From Actinomycetota bacterium (GTDB lineage Bacteria; Actinomycetota; Actinomycetes; S36-B12), in assembly GCA_030684515.1 (NCBI GenBank), contig JAUXVJ010000024.1, positions 39,663 to 103,662 of the forward strand: 64,000 bases of DNA, read 5' to 3'. A program made the position numbers and the translations under genes. Below are positions 49,888-58,810 of this stretch, in pieces; within the stretch, counting starts at the first letter, position 1; each line of letters starts with the position of its first letter. The notes under the pieces are model-generated. The model did not search any database, was not told the DNA's origin, and was given only the letters and a program-made list of their open reading frames with translations.

Positions 49888-50571
49888 TCATCCGGCGCCA
49901 CCACCAACGACTGCATCACCCTTGCGAGCCCGGCGCGATTTCTTCTTCGGAATCAAGCGTGACAGATCGCTTCCGGTGTCATTGATGTGGATGGCAAAGG
50001 GCCTGCGGGGGGTGTATTCGATGACACTGATGGAGCACGGATCGATCTGCACTCGTTGAAACAGATCAAGGTGTGCCCCGAGGGCATCGCTGACGATCGC
50101 CTTGATCACATCTCCGTGACTGACCATGACGTACATGCCGTCCGCGCCGATCTTGGAATTCCAATGATGGACGGACTCGATGGCACGATGAGCCATCTGG
50201 GTAATCGATTCGCCTTCTGGCCCCGGGAAGTGCGCTGCACTCGGCTGGCTCTGCACGACCTTCCACAACGGTTCCTTGGCCAGTTCGCTCAGCGGGCGGC
50301 CGGTCCAATCGCCGTAGCGACATTCACCGATGCGCTCATCGACCTCCATTGGGATGTCGCGTTCGCCAATGATGGCTTCAGCCGTTTCGACAGTTCGTTC
50401 CAGCGGCGATGTGACCACTGTTGAGATTGGCAGGTCGGTCAGCCGGAGCGCTGCCTTGGCAGCCTGCTCTATCCCGACCTCATCCAGATGAACTCCTGGA
50501 CTCCAACCAGCGAGGATCCCTTCGCGATTCGCGGGGGTCCGGCCATGTCGAACCAGGATCAGCGTGGTCAT
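49888..50571 (-). CDS. Histidine-phosphatase-family putative phosphomutase (MSMEG_4193 type)
   Basis: 227 aa from ATG 50571 (MTTLILVRHGRTPAN, RHG motif). Confidence 0.75.
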   Translation of the reverse strand: MTTLILVRHGRTPANREGILAGWSPGVHLDEVGIEQAAKAALRLTDLPISTVVTSPLERTVETAEAIIGERDIPMEVDERIGECRYGDWTGRPLSELAKEPLWKVVQSQPSAAHFPGPEGESITQMAHRAIESVHHWNSKIGADGMYVMVSHGDVIKAIVSDALGAHLDLFQRVQIDPCSISVIEYTPRRPFAIHINDTGSDLSRLIPKKKSRRARKGDAVVGGGAG

Positions 50572-50608
50572 GCACATAGTCTCGCAGTGATCCCCCACAA
50601 TGTGATCC

Positions 50609-51631
50609 GTGATCCGGGGAATGGGCGTCTACAGTCCTGACGGCGTTGTGCCGATCGATGACATTCGAAGCTGGCAGCAGCCAGGCGATGGACATCCAGC
50701 TCCCAAACTTGAAGGTCTGCGTCAACGCTGCGACGACAATCCAGAGTCCTTCGTTTGGCTGGGTCTGTTTGAGCCAACCAAGGACGAACTCGACATGATC
50801 ACGCGTGTCTTTGAACTGTCGCATCTGCAGGTGGAAGACGCCGCCAACCCCAACCAACGTGCGAAATTTGACTTTGACGATGACGGCCATGGACTAGCGG
50901 TCATCAAAGTCCTGGACTACTACGAGCCGAGTTCGGACGTGAACACCGGCCAAATCGCCGTGTTCGTCGGTTCCTGGTTCGTCATCACAGTCCGCTTCGG
51001 CCAGGTGGGTGACCTTCAGGGATTGCGCCAACGCTTGGAGAAGTCACCCAACCTCCGCTCAATGGGTCCCGTTTCTGTCCTCTATGCCGTCTTCGACAAA
51101 GTGGTCGACGAGTACATCGCCGTTTCCGACGAAGTCGCAAACGACGTGGAAGAACTTGAGCAGGCCGTCTTCCAACCGGGCAGGCGTGTTGAGTACGCCG
51201 ACCGGATCTATCGCCTCAAGCGCGAGAACGTCGAGATACGACGAGCTGTCAATCCGCTCGTTGTGGTTGCTCATGACTTCATGGAGGATGGCATCGCCTG
51301 GATCCCGGTGGACTTCCGTGCCTACTTTCGCGATGTCGGCGAGCACCTCATGCGCGTTCATGATGCCGTAGAAGGCACAGACACCATGCTGCTCACGATG
51401 CTGATGGCTGCCACCTCGCAGCAGGATCTGCAGCAGAACAAGGACATGCGCAAGATCAGCGCGTGGGTGGCAATTGCCGCTGTGCCAACGATGATCGCGG
51501 GCATTTACGGCATGAACTTCGACAATCTGCCCGAGCTGCACTGGAAGTATGGCTACTTCATGGTGATGGGGCTGATGGCCACCGCCTGCGGATTGCTCTA
51601 TCGCGCATTTCGAAAGAGCGGCTGGCTCTAA
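50609..51631 (+). CDS. corA: Magnesium/cobalt transporter CorA
   Basis: 340 aa. YGMNF motif and two C-terminal TM helices. Exact start uncertain. Confidence 0.85.
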   Translation: MIRGMGVYSPDGVVPIDDIRSWQQPGDGHPAPKLEGLRQRCDDNPESFVWLGLFEPTKDELDMITRVFELSHLQVEDAANPNQRAKFDFDDDGHGLAVIKVLDYYEPSSDVNTGQIAVFVGSWFVITVRFGQVGDLQGLRQRLEKSPNLRSMGPVSVLYAVFDKVVDEYIAVSDEVANDVEELEQAVFQPGRRVEYADRIYRLKRENVEIRRAVNPLVVVAHDFMEDGIAWIPVDFRAYFRDVGEHLMRVHDAVEGTDTMLLTMLMAATSQQDLQQNKDMRKISAWVAIAAVPTMIAGIYGMNFDNLPELHWKYGYFMVMGLMATACGLLYRAFRKSGWL

Positions 51632-52458
51632 GCAGTCAGGACGCCTACCCACAGCAGCAGGATCACGCCGAAGCCAAGCAGGATTCGGTAGATCACGAAT
51701 GGCAGGAACGTCTTGGTGATGACCCAACGCAACAGCCACGAGATCACTGCGATGCCAACGAAGAACGCGATGACGGCTGCGAGCAGGGTTGGACCCCAAG
51801 CGGCTGTCTCATCGCCGCCGATTTTGGTCATTTCATAGAAGCCCGAGGCCAGCACTGCGGGTATGGCCAGCAGAAACGAATAGCGCGCAGCGGATTCGCG
51901 GGTGTAGCCCAAGGCAAGGCCCGTGGAGATCGTGGCCCCCGAGCGTGAAACCCCAGGGATCAAGGCCAGGGCTTGGCCCAGACCAAAGAGCAGACCATCA
52001 CGCTTGTTCAGCTCAGTCAGATCGTGTCGTCGGGATCCCAGCGCGTCGGCAAAGGCGAGTACGACACCGAAGATGATGAGCATCGATGCGACCAGCCAGA
52101 GATTGCGTGCAGCTGTTTCGATCTGGCTTGAGAAGGTAACGCCAAGAATCGAGATCGGGATGGTGCCAACGATGATGTACCAGCCCATTCGGGCATCAAG
52201 TTCGCTTCGCAGCCTTGTGTCACGCAGTGATCGAAACCACGTGACAAGAATCCGCGCAATGTCATTTCTGAAATAGACGATGACAGCGAGTTCGGTGCCG
52301 ATCTGCGTCACGGCAGTGAATGCCGCACCTGGGTCTCCCCAGCCGAAGAGCTGGGAGACGATCAGTACGTGCGCGGTAGAGGAGATCGGGATGAATTCGG
52401 TGAGTCCCTGCACGAGACCGAGAACGATCGCCTCAAACCAGCTGACAGGATCGATCAT
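51628..52458 (-). CDS. uppP: Undecaprenyl-diphosphate phosphatase
   Basis: 276 aa. GLTEFIPISSTAH and PGVSRSG motifs. Confidence 0.9.
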   Translation of the reverse strand: MIDPVSWFEAIVLGLVQGLTEFIPISSTAHVLIVSQLFGWGDPGAAFTAVTQIGTELAVIVYFRNDIARILVTWFRSLRDTRLRSELDARMGWYIIVGTIPISILGVTFSSQIETAARNLWLVASMLIIFGVVLAFADALGSRRHDLTELNKRDGLLFGLGQALALIPGVSRSGATISTGLALGYTRESAARYSFLLAIPAVLASGFYEMTKIGGDETAAWGPTLLAAVIAFFVGIAVISWLLRWVITKTFLPFVIYRILLGFGVILLLWVGVLTA

Positions 52459-53504
52459 GTAGCCAACCCTGACAGGTCGAGTACCTCGGCCATTGTTCGG
52501 ACACTCGCGATTCGCTGTTCAATCGTGGAGCCGACAGCGCTGAAAGTCACATTGGTGACACCTGCTTCGGAGAAGGCGACCAAACGCTCGCAGATGCGCT
52601 CCTTGGGGCCAATCAGCGAAACCTGATCAAGGAGTGAGAACGGCAACGCGGCCTGTGCTCCCGCATAGTCCTTGGCCATGTAGCGATCCTGAATCTCCTT
52701 GGCCTCACGCTCATAGCCCATGCGCTGCACCAGTTGGTTGTAGAAGTTCTTGTCTCGACTGCCCATGCCACCGATGTACAGCGCCGAGCCAGCGCGCAGT
52801 TGATCGGCGCAGGCCTCAAGGTCATCACCTATCACCACTGATGTTGAGGCGACAACATCAAAGTCGTCCATCGACTTGCCGGCAGCCAACCGCGCCTCGC
52901 GCACAACGCCCAGAGTGTGCTCAGCATGCTCCGGGGAGAAGTAGACGGAGAGCCAGCCATCGGCTATTTCACCGACCATGGCCAAGGATTGCGGTCCGAT
53001 GGCTGCGAGGTAGATCGGCAGATGCTCACGGACGGGATGAATAGTGAGGGTGAGAGCCTTCCCAGGGCCGTTCGGGAGCGGCAGAGTGAAGCACTCCCCT
53101 TGGTACTCCACGCGCTCTCGCGCCAGCGCCATCCGCACGATGTCGACATACTCACGAGTGCGCTGAAGTGGTCGATCGAAGGCCACACCGTGCCAGCCTT
53201 CGGAAACCTGAGGGCCAGATACTCCCAAGCCCAAGCGAAAGCGACCTCCGGACAAGGTGTCCAGAGTCGCTGCGGTCATCGCAGTGTTGGCTGGCGACCG
53301 TCCAGGTATCTGGAAGACGGCAGTGCCGACATCGACCCGAGTCGTCTGCGCCACAACGAAAGCGGCAACAGTGGCTGCATCAGAGCCATACGCCTCGGAT
53401 GTCCAGACGACGTCGTATCCCAGTCGGTCTGCCTCCTGAGCCAAGACAATGTTCTGCGCATCGTTGCCGGCGCCCCAATAGCCAAGGTGGAGTCCAAGTT
53501 TCAC
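52455..53504 (-). CDS. LLM-class F420-dependent oxidoreductase
   Basis: 349 aa from GTG 53504 (GAAAGGA SD). VKLGLHLGYWG... luciferase-like monooxygenase fold. The long ORF extension was rejected. Confidence 0.8.
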   Translation of the reverse strand: MKLGLHLGYWGAGNDAQNIVLAQEADRLGYDVVWTSEAYGSDAATVAAFVVAQTTRVDVGTAVFQIPGRSPANTAMTAATLDTLSGGRFRLGLGVSGPQVSEGWHGVAFDRPLQRTREYVDIVRMALARERVEYQGECFTLPLPNGPGKALTLTIHPVREHLPIYLAAIGPQSLAMVGEIADGWLSVYFSPEHAEHTLGVVREARLAAGKSMDDFDVVASTSVVIGDDLEACADQLRAGSALYIGGMGSRDKNFYNQLVQRMGYEREAKEIQDRYMAKDYAGAQAALPFSLLDQVSLIGPKERICERLVAFSEAGVTNVTFSAVGSTIEQRIASVRTMAEVLDLSGLAT

Positions 53505-53583
53505 GAGAGTCCTTTCACAGTGGCGCCGCGGCCAAGCAGCGAGCCTAACCCCCTGCCAGCAGAGCCACAGGTACCGTTCGAGC

Positions 53584-54567
53584 ATGCAACAACGCCCCCT
53601 TGGACGCTCCGGCTTGTGGGTAGGGCGCCTGGCCCTAGGCACCATGACGTGGGGACGCAGCACCGATGAATATGAGGCTCGCGATCAGCTCGCGGCATTC
53701 ATTGACGCAGGTGGAACGCTGATTGATACCGCCGATGTCTATGTCGACGGAATCTCAGAACAACTGCTGGGCGAGCTGGTCGAGGAGTTCGGCATTCGTG
53801 ATCAGGTCGTCTTGGCCACCAAGGCTGTCAGCAGCGCTGACACAGATCGGCGCTATGACGCTTCGCGCCATCACCTCATGAAGGCGATCGACACCTCTCT
53901 GAAGCGATTGCGCACGGACACGATCGACCTGTGGCAATTGCACGCCTGGGATCCACTGACTCCGATGGAGGAGACCCTCTCGGTCTGTGACGACATCGTG
54001 CGCAGCGGCAAGGCTCGCTACATCGGCATTTCGAACTACAGCGGATGGCAGACGGCACGCGCTGCAACCTGGCAACGCGCAATTCCTGGTCGAGCCCCGA
54101 TTGTCACCGCTCAGATGGAGTACTCGCTGCTCGAACGAGGGATCGAACGCGAAATCGTTCCGGCCGCCCAGGCACTTGGGCTTGGCATCCTTCCCTGGTC
54201 TCCACTTGGTCGGGGAGTCCTCACCGGCAAATATCGGCATGGCACTCCGGCAGATTCGCGTGGTGGCAATGCTGACTTTGCTGGTTGGGTGCAGGTCTAC
54301 ATGGATGAGCGAGGACGTCGAATTGTTGATGCTGTAGCCACTGCCGCCGACGGCCTTGGCGCATCGCCAACAGAGGTCGCTCTTGCGTGGCTGCGCGACC
54401 GTCCAGGTGTTGTCGCCCCGATTCTCGGCGCACGCAACAACAGCCAGTTGATTGCTGCCCTGGCAAGCGAAGAACTCGAGCTTCCCGAGGAAATCAGTCG
54501 CGCACTTGACGAAGTGTCAGCGCCGGCTGCGAGCTATCCCGAAGCAGGTTGGGCCCAGCAGAGGTAG
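53584..54567 (+). CDS. Aldo/keto reductase
   Basis: 327 aa. LGRSGLWVGRLALGTMTWG, IDTADVY, IGISNY. Confidence 0.88.
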   Translation: MQQRPLGRSGLWVGRLALGTMTWGRSTDEYEARDQLAAFIDAGGTLIDTADVYVDGISEQLLGELVEEFGIRDQVVLATKAVSSADTDRRYDASRHHLMKAIDTSLKRLRTDTIDLWQLHAWDPLTPMEETLSVCDDIVRSGKARYIGISNYSGWQTARAATWQRAIPGRAPIVTAQMEYSLLERGIEREIVPAAQALGLGILPWSPLGRGVLTGKYRHGTPADSRGGNADFAGWVQVYMDERGRRIVDAVATAADGLGASPTEVALAWLRDRPGVVAPILGARNNSQLIAALASEELELPEEISRALDEVSAPAASYPEAGWAQQR

Positions 54568-54570
54568 GTT

Positions 54571-54783
54571 TTGTCAATGGCGATCCGCACGGCTACCACG
54601 CAGCAGTGGGAGTACCGCGAGATCGCATTGCCGCGCGGCACCTCGCGCGAAGCCGCACGGCAGCTCATGACGGGCGCCGCTGATACCGGCCACTGGGAGC
54701 TTCAACAGTCGAGAGTGTTTCCCGATGGCCGTCGTAAAGTCAGGCTTCGCCGACGGGTGTACCGGGTCGTTCGTACCGCCTAA
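54571..54783 (+). CDS. DUF5703-family protein
   Basis: 70 aa. WEYREIALPRG.SRE..R......A..GHWEL...RVFPDGRRKVRLRR. Confidence 0.65.
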   Translation: MSMAIRTATTQQWEYREIALPRGTSREAARQLMTGAADTGHWELQQSRVFPDGRRKVRLRRRVYRVVRTA

Positions 54784-54949
54784 GGGCACGCAACTACCGC
54801 AAGTACTTCTCGCTCAGGCGTGCAAGCGCACACACCAGCCGCGCATCCAACAGCACTTCTTTCAGCTGCTTCTTCGTCACTTTGTTGAGCTGGATCAGGT
54901 AAGCGTTGTAGCCATCGAGATCTCGGCGACCTCGTCGATGGTGACCAAC

Positions 54950-56257
54950 TCAGCAACCGCGAAGGAAACGATCAAGCACTTTCACGCCGAACTCAAGTCC
55001 TTCGATCGGCACTCGCTCGTCAACTCCATGGAACAGCCGCCAGTAGTCCAGATCCGCCGGCATCTTCAACGGCGAGAAGCCGTAGCACTCGATCTGCAAT
55101 CCGGCGAAAGACTTGGCATCTGTGCCACCCGAGATCATGTACGGAACAGCGCGCGCTGTTGAATCCTCAGCGCGCAACGCAGCGGCCATCAGATCAAAGA
55201 GTCCGGTGTCCAACGGAGCTTCAACAGCAATGCCGGTGTTGATGAACTCGAACTCGACCAACTCACCAGCCAATTCACGAATCGTCTCATCGAACTCCTC
55301 TTCGAAGCCCGGCAGATATCGCCCATCAATTTGCGCAGTGGCCTCGCGAGGAATGACATTGGCCTTGTAGCCAGCATCAAGAACTGTCGGATTGGCGGTG
55401 TTCTGCAGCGTTGCTCCCACGACATAGGCCAAGGTGCCCAGGCGCGCGTGCAGTTCCTGCTCATTGGCATCGCTCAAGTCGACCTGGAAGGCATCCGACA
55501 GCTCATCCAGAAAGCGCTGGACAGTGGGAGTCTTGCGGATCGGCCATTGGTGTTGACCGATACGAGTCACCGCCGCAGCCATCTCCGTGACTGCGTTGTC
55601 ATGATGAATCATGGAGCCGTGTCCGGCGCGAGCTGCAATGCGCAGCCGCATCCACTTCAGACCCTTTTCAGCCGTCTGGATCGGATACAACCTCAGATCA
55701 TCATTGACGGTGACGCTGAACCCACCAACCTCTCCGATGGCCTGCGTGACACCCACGAAGAGCTCTGGTCGGTTGGCCACCAACCACAAGGATCCATGTG
55801 TTGAACCCGCCTCCTCGTCGGGCAGGAAGGCGAAGACCATGTCGCGTCGGGGACGAAAGCCTGTGCGTCCCCAGTCACGCAGGACAGCCAAAATCATGGC
55901 GTCCATGTCCTTCATATCCACGGCCCCACGGCCCCAGATGAACCCGTCCTCAATGAGCCCGCCCAGCGGGGGCATCGACCATTCCGACGCGATCGACGGC
56001 ACGACATCAAGATGGCCGTGCACCAGAAGCCCTCCGGCAGTGGGATCAGTGCCAGGCACCCGCAGGACAACACATCGCCGAGAGTCACTGCTCGTGACGA
56101 TGATCTCTGGATCCCAACCGGCCTCGCGCATGCGTTCGGCTACATAGTCCGCAGCCGCTGCCTCACCGACAGTCTCGGCTGATTCACCGAAATTGCTCGT
56201 GTCGATGCGGATGAGCTCCTGGGTCAGTGTCACTACATCCGAGGAATCAGCGGCCAT
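54950..56257 (-). CDS. M20/M25/M40-family metallohydrolase (dipeptidase, Rv2141c-like)
   Basis: 435 aa from ATG 56257 (MAADSSDVVTLTQELIRIDTSN). HGHLDVVP and DEEAGS motifs. Confidence 0.85.
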   Translation of the reverse strand: MAADSSDVVTLTQELIRIDTSNFGESAETVGEAAAADYVAERMREAGWDPEIIVTSSDSRRCVVLRVPGTDPTAGGLLVHGHLDVVPSIASEWSMPPLGGLIEDGFIWGRGAVDMKDMDAMILAVLRDWGRTGFRPRRDMVFAFLPDEEAGSTHGSLWLVANRPELFVGVTQAIGEVGGFSVTVNDDLRLYPIQTAEKGLKWMRLRIAARAGHGSMIHHDNAVTEMAAAVTRIGQHQWPIRKTPTVQRFLDELSDAFQVDLSDANEQELHARLGTLAYVVGATLQNTANPTVLDAGYKANVIPREATAQIDGRYLPGFEEEFDETIRELAGELVEFEFINTGIAVEAPLDTGLFDLMAAALRAEDSTARAVPYMISGGTDAKSFAGLQIECYGFSPLKMPADLDYWRLFHGVDERVPIEGLEFGVKVLDRFLRGC

Positions 56258-56346
56258 GTGAGCATCCTGCCGCGCGATGCAAACCGGGGCGAGACCCACG
56301 CCCCGCGAGTTGCAGGTATAGTTCACCGGTCGCTTCACAGCGATGA

Positions 56347-56432
56347 GTCCGGGTGGCGGAATAGGCAGACGCGCTAGCTTGAGGTGCTAGTTCCCTTTAC
56401 GGGGAATGGGGGTTCAAGTCCCCCCTCGGACA
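56347..56432 (+). tRNA. tRNA-Leu (anticodon GAG), class II with long variable arm
   Basis: Acceptor GTCCGGG/CTCGGAC. Anticodon stem-loop CTAGC-TTGAGGT-GCTAG. Variable arm TTCCCTTTACGGGGAAT. T arm GGGGGTTCAAGTCCCCC. Discriminator A. CCA not encoded. Confidence 0.9.
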
Positions 56433-56438
56433 CGCTCT

Positions 56439-56465
56439 CCCCTCACACTTGTGGGGGGAATTTTG
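56439..56465 (+). terminator. Rho-independent terminator after tRNA-Leu
   Basis: CCCCTCAC-actt-GTGGGGGG followed by AATTTTG. Confidence 0.6.
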
Positions 56466-56523
56466 CGTCTCACCACACGTCGCAGCGACGAGGGCGCAAC
56501 TGGGCCGCTCGACTGGTCCAACC

Positions 56524-56871
56524 TCAGTCGTCAGCCAGCTCGCGTCCGATCCGGAATGACGTCCACTCTGCTCTCATCAGCAGGTAGCTCGTCAGGACCA
56601 GCACCAACGCGCCCTGCACTAGCGCCGCGACTGACACCACGATCGCTGAGAACAAGATCGACATCGCAGCGTTCCCCGTGCCTTGCGAGGCCGCGACCAT
56701 CGCTGAGATGATGCCGAGCAACAGGATAAAACCCGCGCCGCCCACGAGAACCCAACCGAGAGTCCTTAGCGGCTGAGCCCATCGGATCACGCTGACAGCG
56801 TGATCACCGGCACGCAGTGCCGCCTCGTACTCATTGACTTCCACATTCGACATGGCATCCCCCAGTAGCAA
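56524..56871 (-). CDS. Hypothetical membrane protein
   Basis: 115 aa with two long hydrophobic helices. Alternative start at 56853. Confidence 0.55.
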   Translation of the reverse strand: MLLGDAMSNVEVNEYEAALRAGDHAVSVIRWAQPLRTLGWVLVGGAGFILLLGIISAMVAASQGTGNAAMSILFSAIVVSVAALVQGALVLVLTSYLLMRAEWTSFRIGRELADD

Positions 56872-57115
56872 CTGCCTCGGAAACTATCGCGCGGACAGGC
56901 GAGGAGCGGGCGAATCACCCTAAGCGGCCCTGGACTACCCACGACCCGCTTTGCAGGCATGACTCCATTCGCATCGCGGGTCCGTACTCATGCTTTGTGC
57001 AGGTGGGCGTGTACCGGAATATCCGCGACTGCCACGACTAGCAGACCTAGGCTCGTGGATCGCGCGTGCATTCCGCCGCCCAATCGGATGAAATGAAATC
57101 CCGTAACCTGCACAC

Positions 57116-57559
57116 ATGAGCGACCTCAATGAGATCGGCGAGCGTGACGGCTGGCGATGCTGGCTGTGCGATGAACCTGTCGACCCCGAGGCATCCGTCA
57201 ACGCAGATCGCGGCCCGAGCATTGATGGTGGCTTGTCACCCAAGGGCAAGAAGGCTTCCGCAGCATCCGAGCGTCTCGCACACCGTTCCTGCAACACACG
57301 CAAGGGCAAGATCACGCCCGTCGTGCCGTGGTCTTCAGACTTGTTCGTGGTTGATCCGGCCCCGATCGTGTCTACCGTCGATCGGTTGACCCGCAAAGGT
57401 GGCAAGGAGGTCGTGGCCCGCTGCCCCAGCCAAGCCGACGCCGATCAGGCGGCCGAGTGGCTCGTTGACCGAGTCTCCCGATTCGCGCCGGACTTGGCAG
57501 TGGCAACTGAAGTCCAAGCCGGCGGCGGGCAGTTCCTGCTGGTGCTTCGCGCGCTTTGA
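57116..57559 (+). CDS. HNH-like protein (degenerate motif) with unknown C-terminal domain
   Basis: 147 aa. WRCWLCDEPVD...PSIDG...ERLAHRSCNTRKG resembles CxxC...DH...N..H..CN..KG, but lacks the first His and the Asn. Confidence 0.55.
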   Translation: MSDLNEIGERDGWRCWLCDEPVDPEASVNADRGPSIDGGLSPKGKKASAASERLAHRSCNTRKGKITPVVPWSSDLFVVDPAPIVSTVDRLTRKGGKEVVARCPSQADADQAAEWLVDRVSRFAPDLAVATEVQAGGGQFLLVLRAL

Positions 57560-57609
57560 ACTGCTGATTCGGCGTGACCGCCGAGCTGACGGTAGAACGA
57601 TTCAGGAGA

Positions 57610-58584
57610 TCAGTCCTCATCAACAATCGTCAACAGGACATTGCCGATCTTCTGGCCAGTCTCGACGTAACGGTAGGCGTCCACGATCTCATCCAATGGA
57701 TACGCCCTGTCGATGACCGGCTTGAACTGACCTGAGTCGATCAGGCCGCGAAAATACTCAGCAAGTTCCCTGTCGAATGACTGCGGGATGGGCAGCATCG
57801 CCTTCTTGGACCGCAACAGCGGAGTTGTCAGTGCCAGGATCGGATTCTGGGCCCAAGGCCCCAAGTCAGTGGTCGCGTAGATGCCACGCGGCTTCAACAA
57901 CGGCTTGCATTTGCCGAAGGTGCTCTTGCCAACCGCATCGAATACCAGGTCGAATCGTTGCTCGTCTTTGGTGAAGTCCTCGGCCAGGCGATCGATGACT
58001 CGATCCGCACCCAATCCCTTGACGAGTTCAATGTGCTGGGTGTCGCAGACTGCAACCACATTGGCGCCCACGACCTTGAGCAATTGCACAGCAGCACTGC
58101 CAATGGCTCCCGTGGCTCCGTAGACCAGGACATCGTCGCCGTTGCGGACCCCAGTCTTGCGAATTGAGGCCAAGGCGTAGTGGGAAGCCTCCGTACTGGC
58201 TACGGCCTGCGCGAAACTCAGATGAGAGGGAATGGTCGCCAGTGGTCCGTCTTCTGCGATCGACAGGTACTCCGCATGAGCCCCCCATCCGCCCTCGTTG
58301 TAGCCGAAGATCCGGTCGCCAACTGCGAATCTTGATACCTGCCCACCGATGCTTTCGATGACCCCTGCGAACTCAGTTCCGAGTACCGTGAACTTGGGCC
58401 GCGCGAGTCCGCTGAAGAGTCGAACGATCGCTGGCTTGCCAGACCTGAAGCCACAGTCGGTCCGATTCACGGTGGCGAGGTGGACTTTGATGAGCACGTC
58501 ATGCTCGCCAGTAATGGGCTCTGGAATATTGCGAACCTGGACGACTTCAGGAGGACCGTAGATGCTGCCGACGGCTGCCTTCAC
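57610..58584 (-). CDS. NAD(P)-dependent medium-chain dehydrogenase/reductase (quinone-oxidoreductase-like)
   Basis: 324 aa with a GTG start. GYNEGGWGAHAEY, VLVYGATGAIGSAAVQLLK Rossmann motif. Confidence 0.85.
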   Translation of the reverse strand: MKAAVGSIYGPPEVVQVRNIPEPITGEHDVLIKVHLATVNRTDCGFRSGKPAIVRLFSGLARPKFTVLGTEFAGVIESIGGQVSRFAVGDRIFGYNEGGWGAHAEYLSIAEDGPLATIPSHLSFAQAVASTEASHYALASIRKTGVRNGDDVLVYGATGAIGSAAVQLLKVVGANVVAVCDTQHIELVKGLGADRVIDRLAEDFTKDEQRFDLVFDAVGKSTFGKCKPLLKPRGIYATTDLGPWAQNPILALTTPLLRSKKAMLPIPQSFDRELAEYFRGLIDSGQFKPVIDRAYPLDEIVDAYRYVETGQKIGNVLLTIVDED

Positions 58585-58724
58585 AGGTCCACCTTATTGG
58601 CCAGGCAGGGCGATATTCCCTCAGATCATGGGCCCGAAACCGACTGCTCCCTCATTCTGCTGGTGGCAAGCTCACGAGCCGCGTGCTTTGCATCTGAGCG
58701 ATTCAGGTAGATTGGCTCCCAGCA

Positions 58725-58808
58725 ATCGAGGGGCGCTGCGACGGGCGAACACCCGCCACGCTCGATGTGCGCACGACAGAACAAGGGCGCCTCCGGTCTT
58801 GGAGGCGT
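58725..58808 (+). promoter_or_regulatory. Probable SAH riboswitch (metH motif) with SD-sequestering hairpin
   Basis: P1 ATCGAG/CTCGAT (58725-30 / 58761-66). Conserved core GAGGGGCGCTGCGAC. P2 CGGG-cgaaca-CCCG. The 3' tail GCGCCTC (58787-93) can pair with GGGGCGC (58730-36) as a pseudoknot, or with the SD as GCCTCC-ggtctt-GGAGGC (58789-58806). ATG at 58811. Confidence 0.55.
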
Positions 58809-58810
58809 GA

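Noticed and set aside
56347-57600. tRNA-Leu as the attachment site of an integrated element (membrane protein + HNH gene downstream)
   Set aside because: No repeat of the tRNA 3' end was found downstream. GC content is like the core genome, and there is no integrase.
58585-58724. Cobalamin riboswitch upstream of metH
   Set aside because: I could find no B12-box-like core. The region is better explained as the divergent promoter spacer plus the SAH element further downstream.
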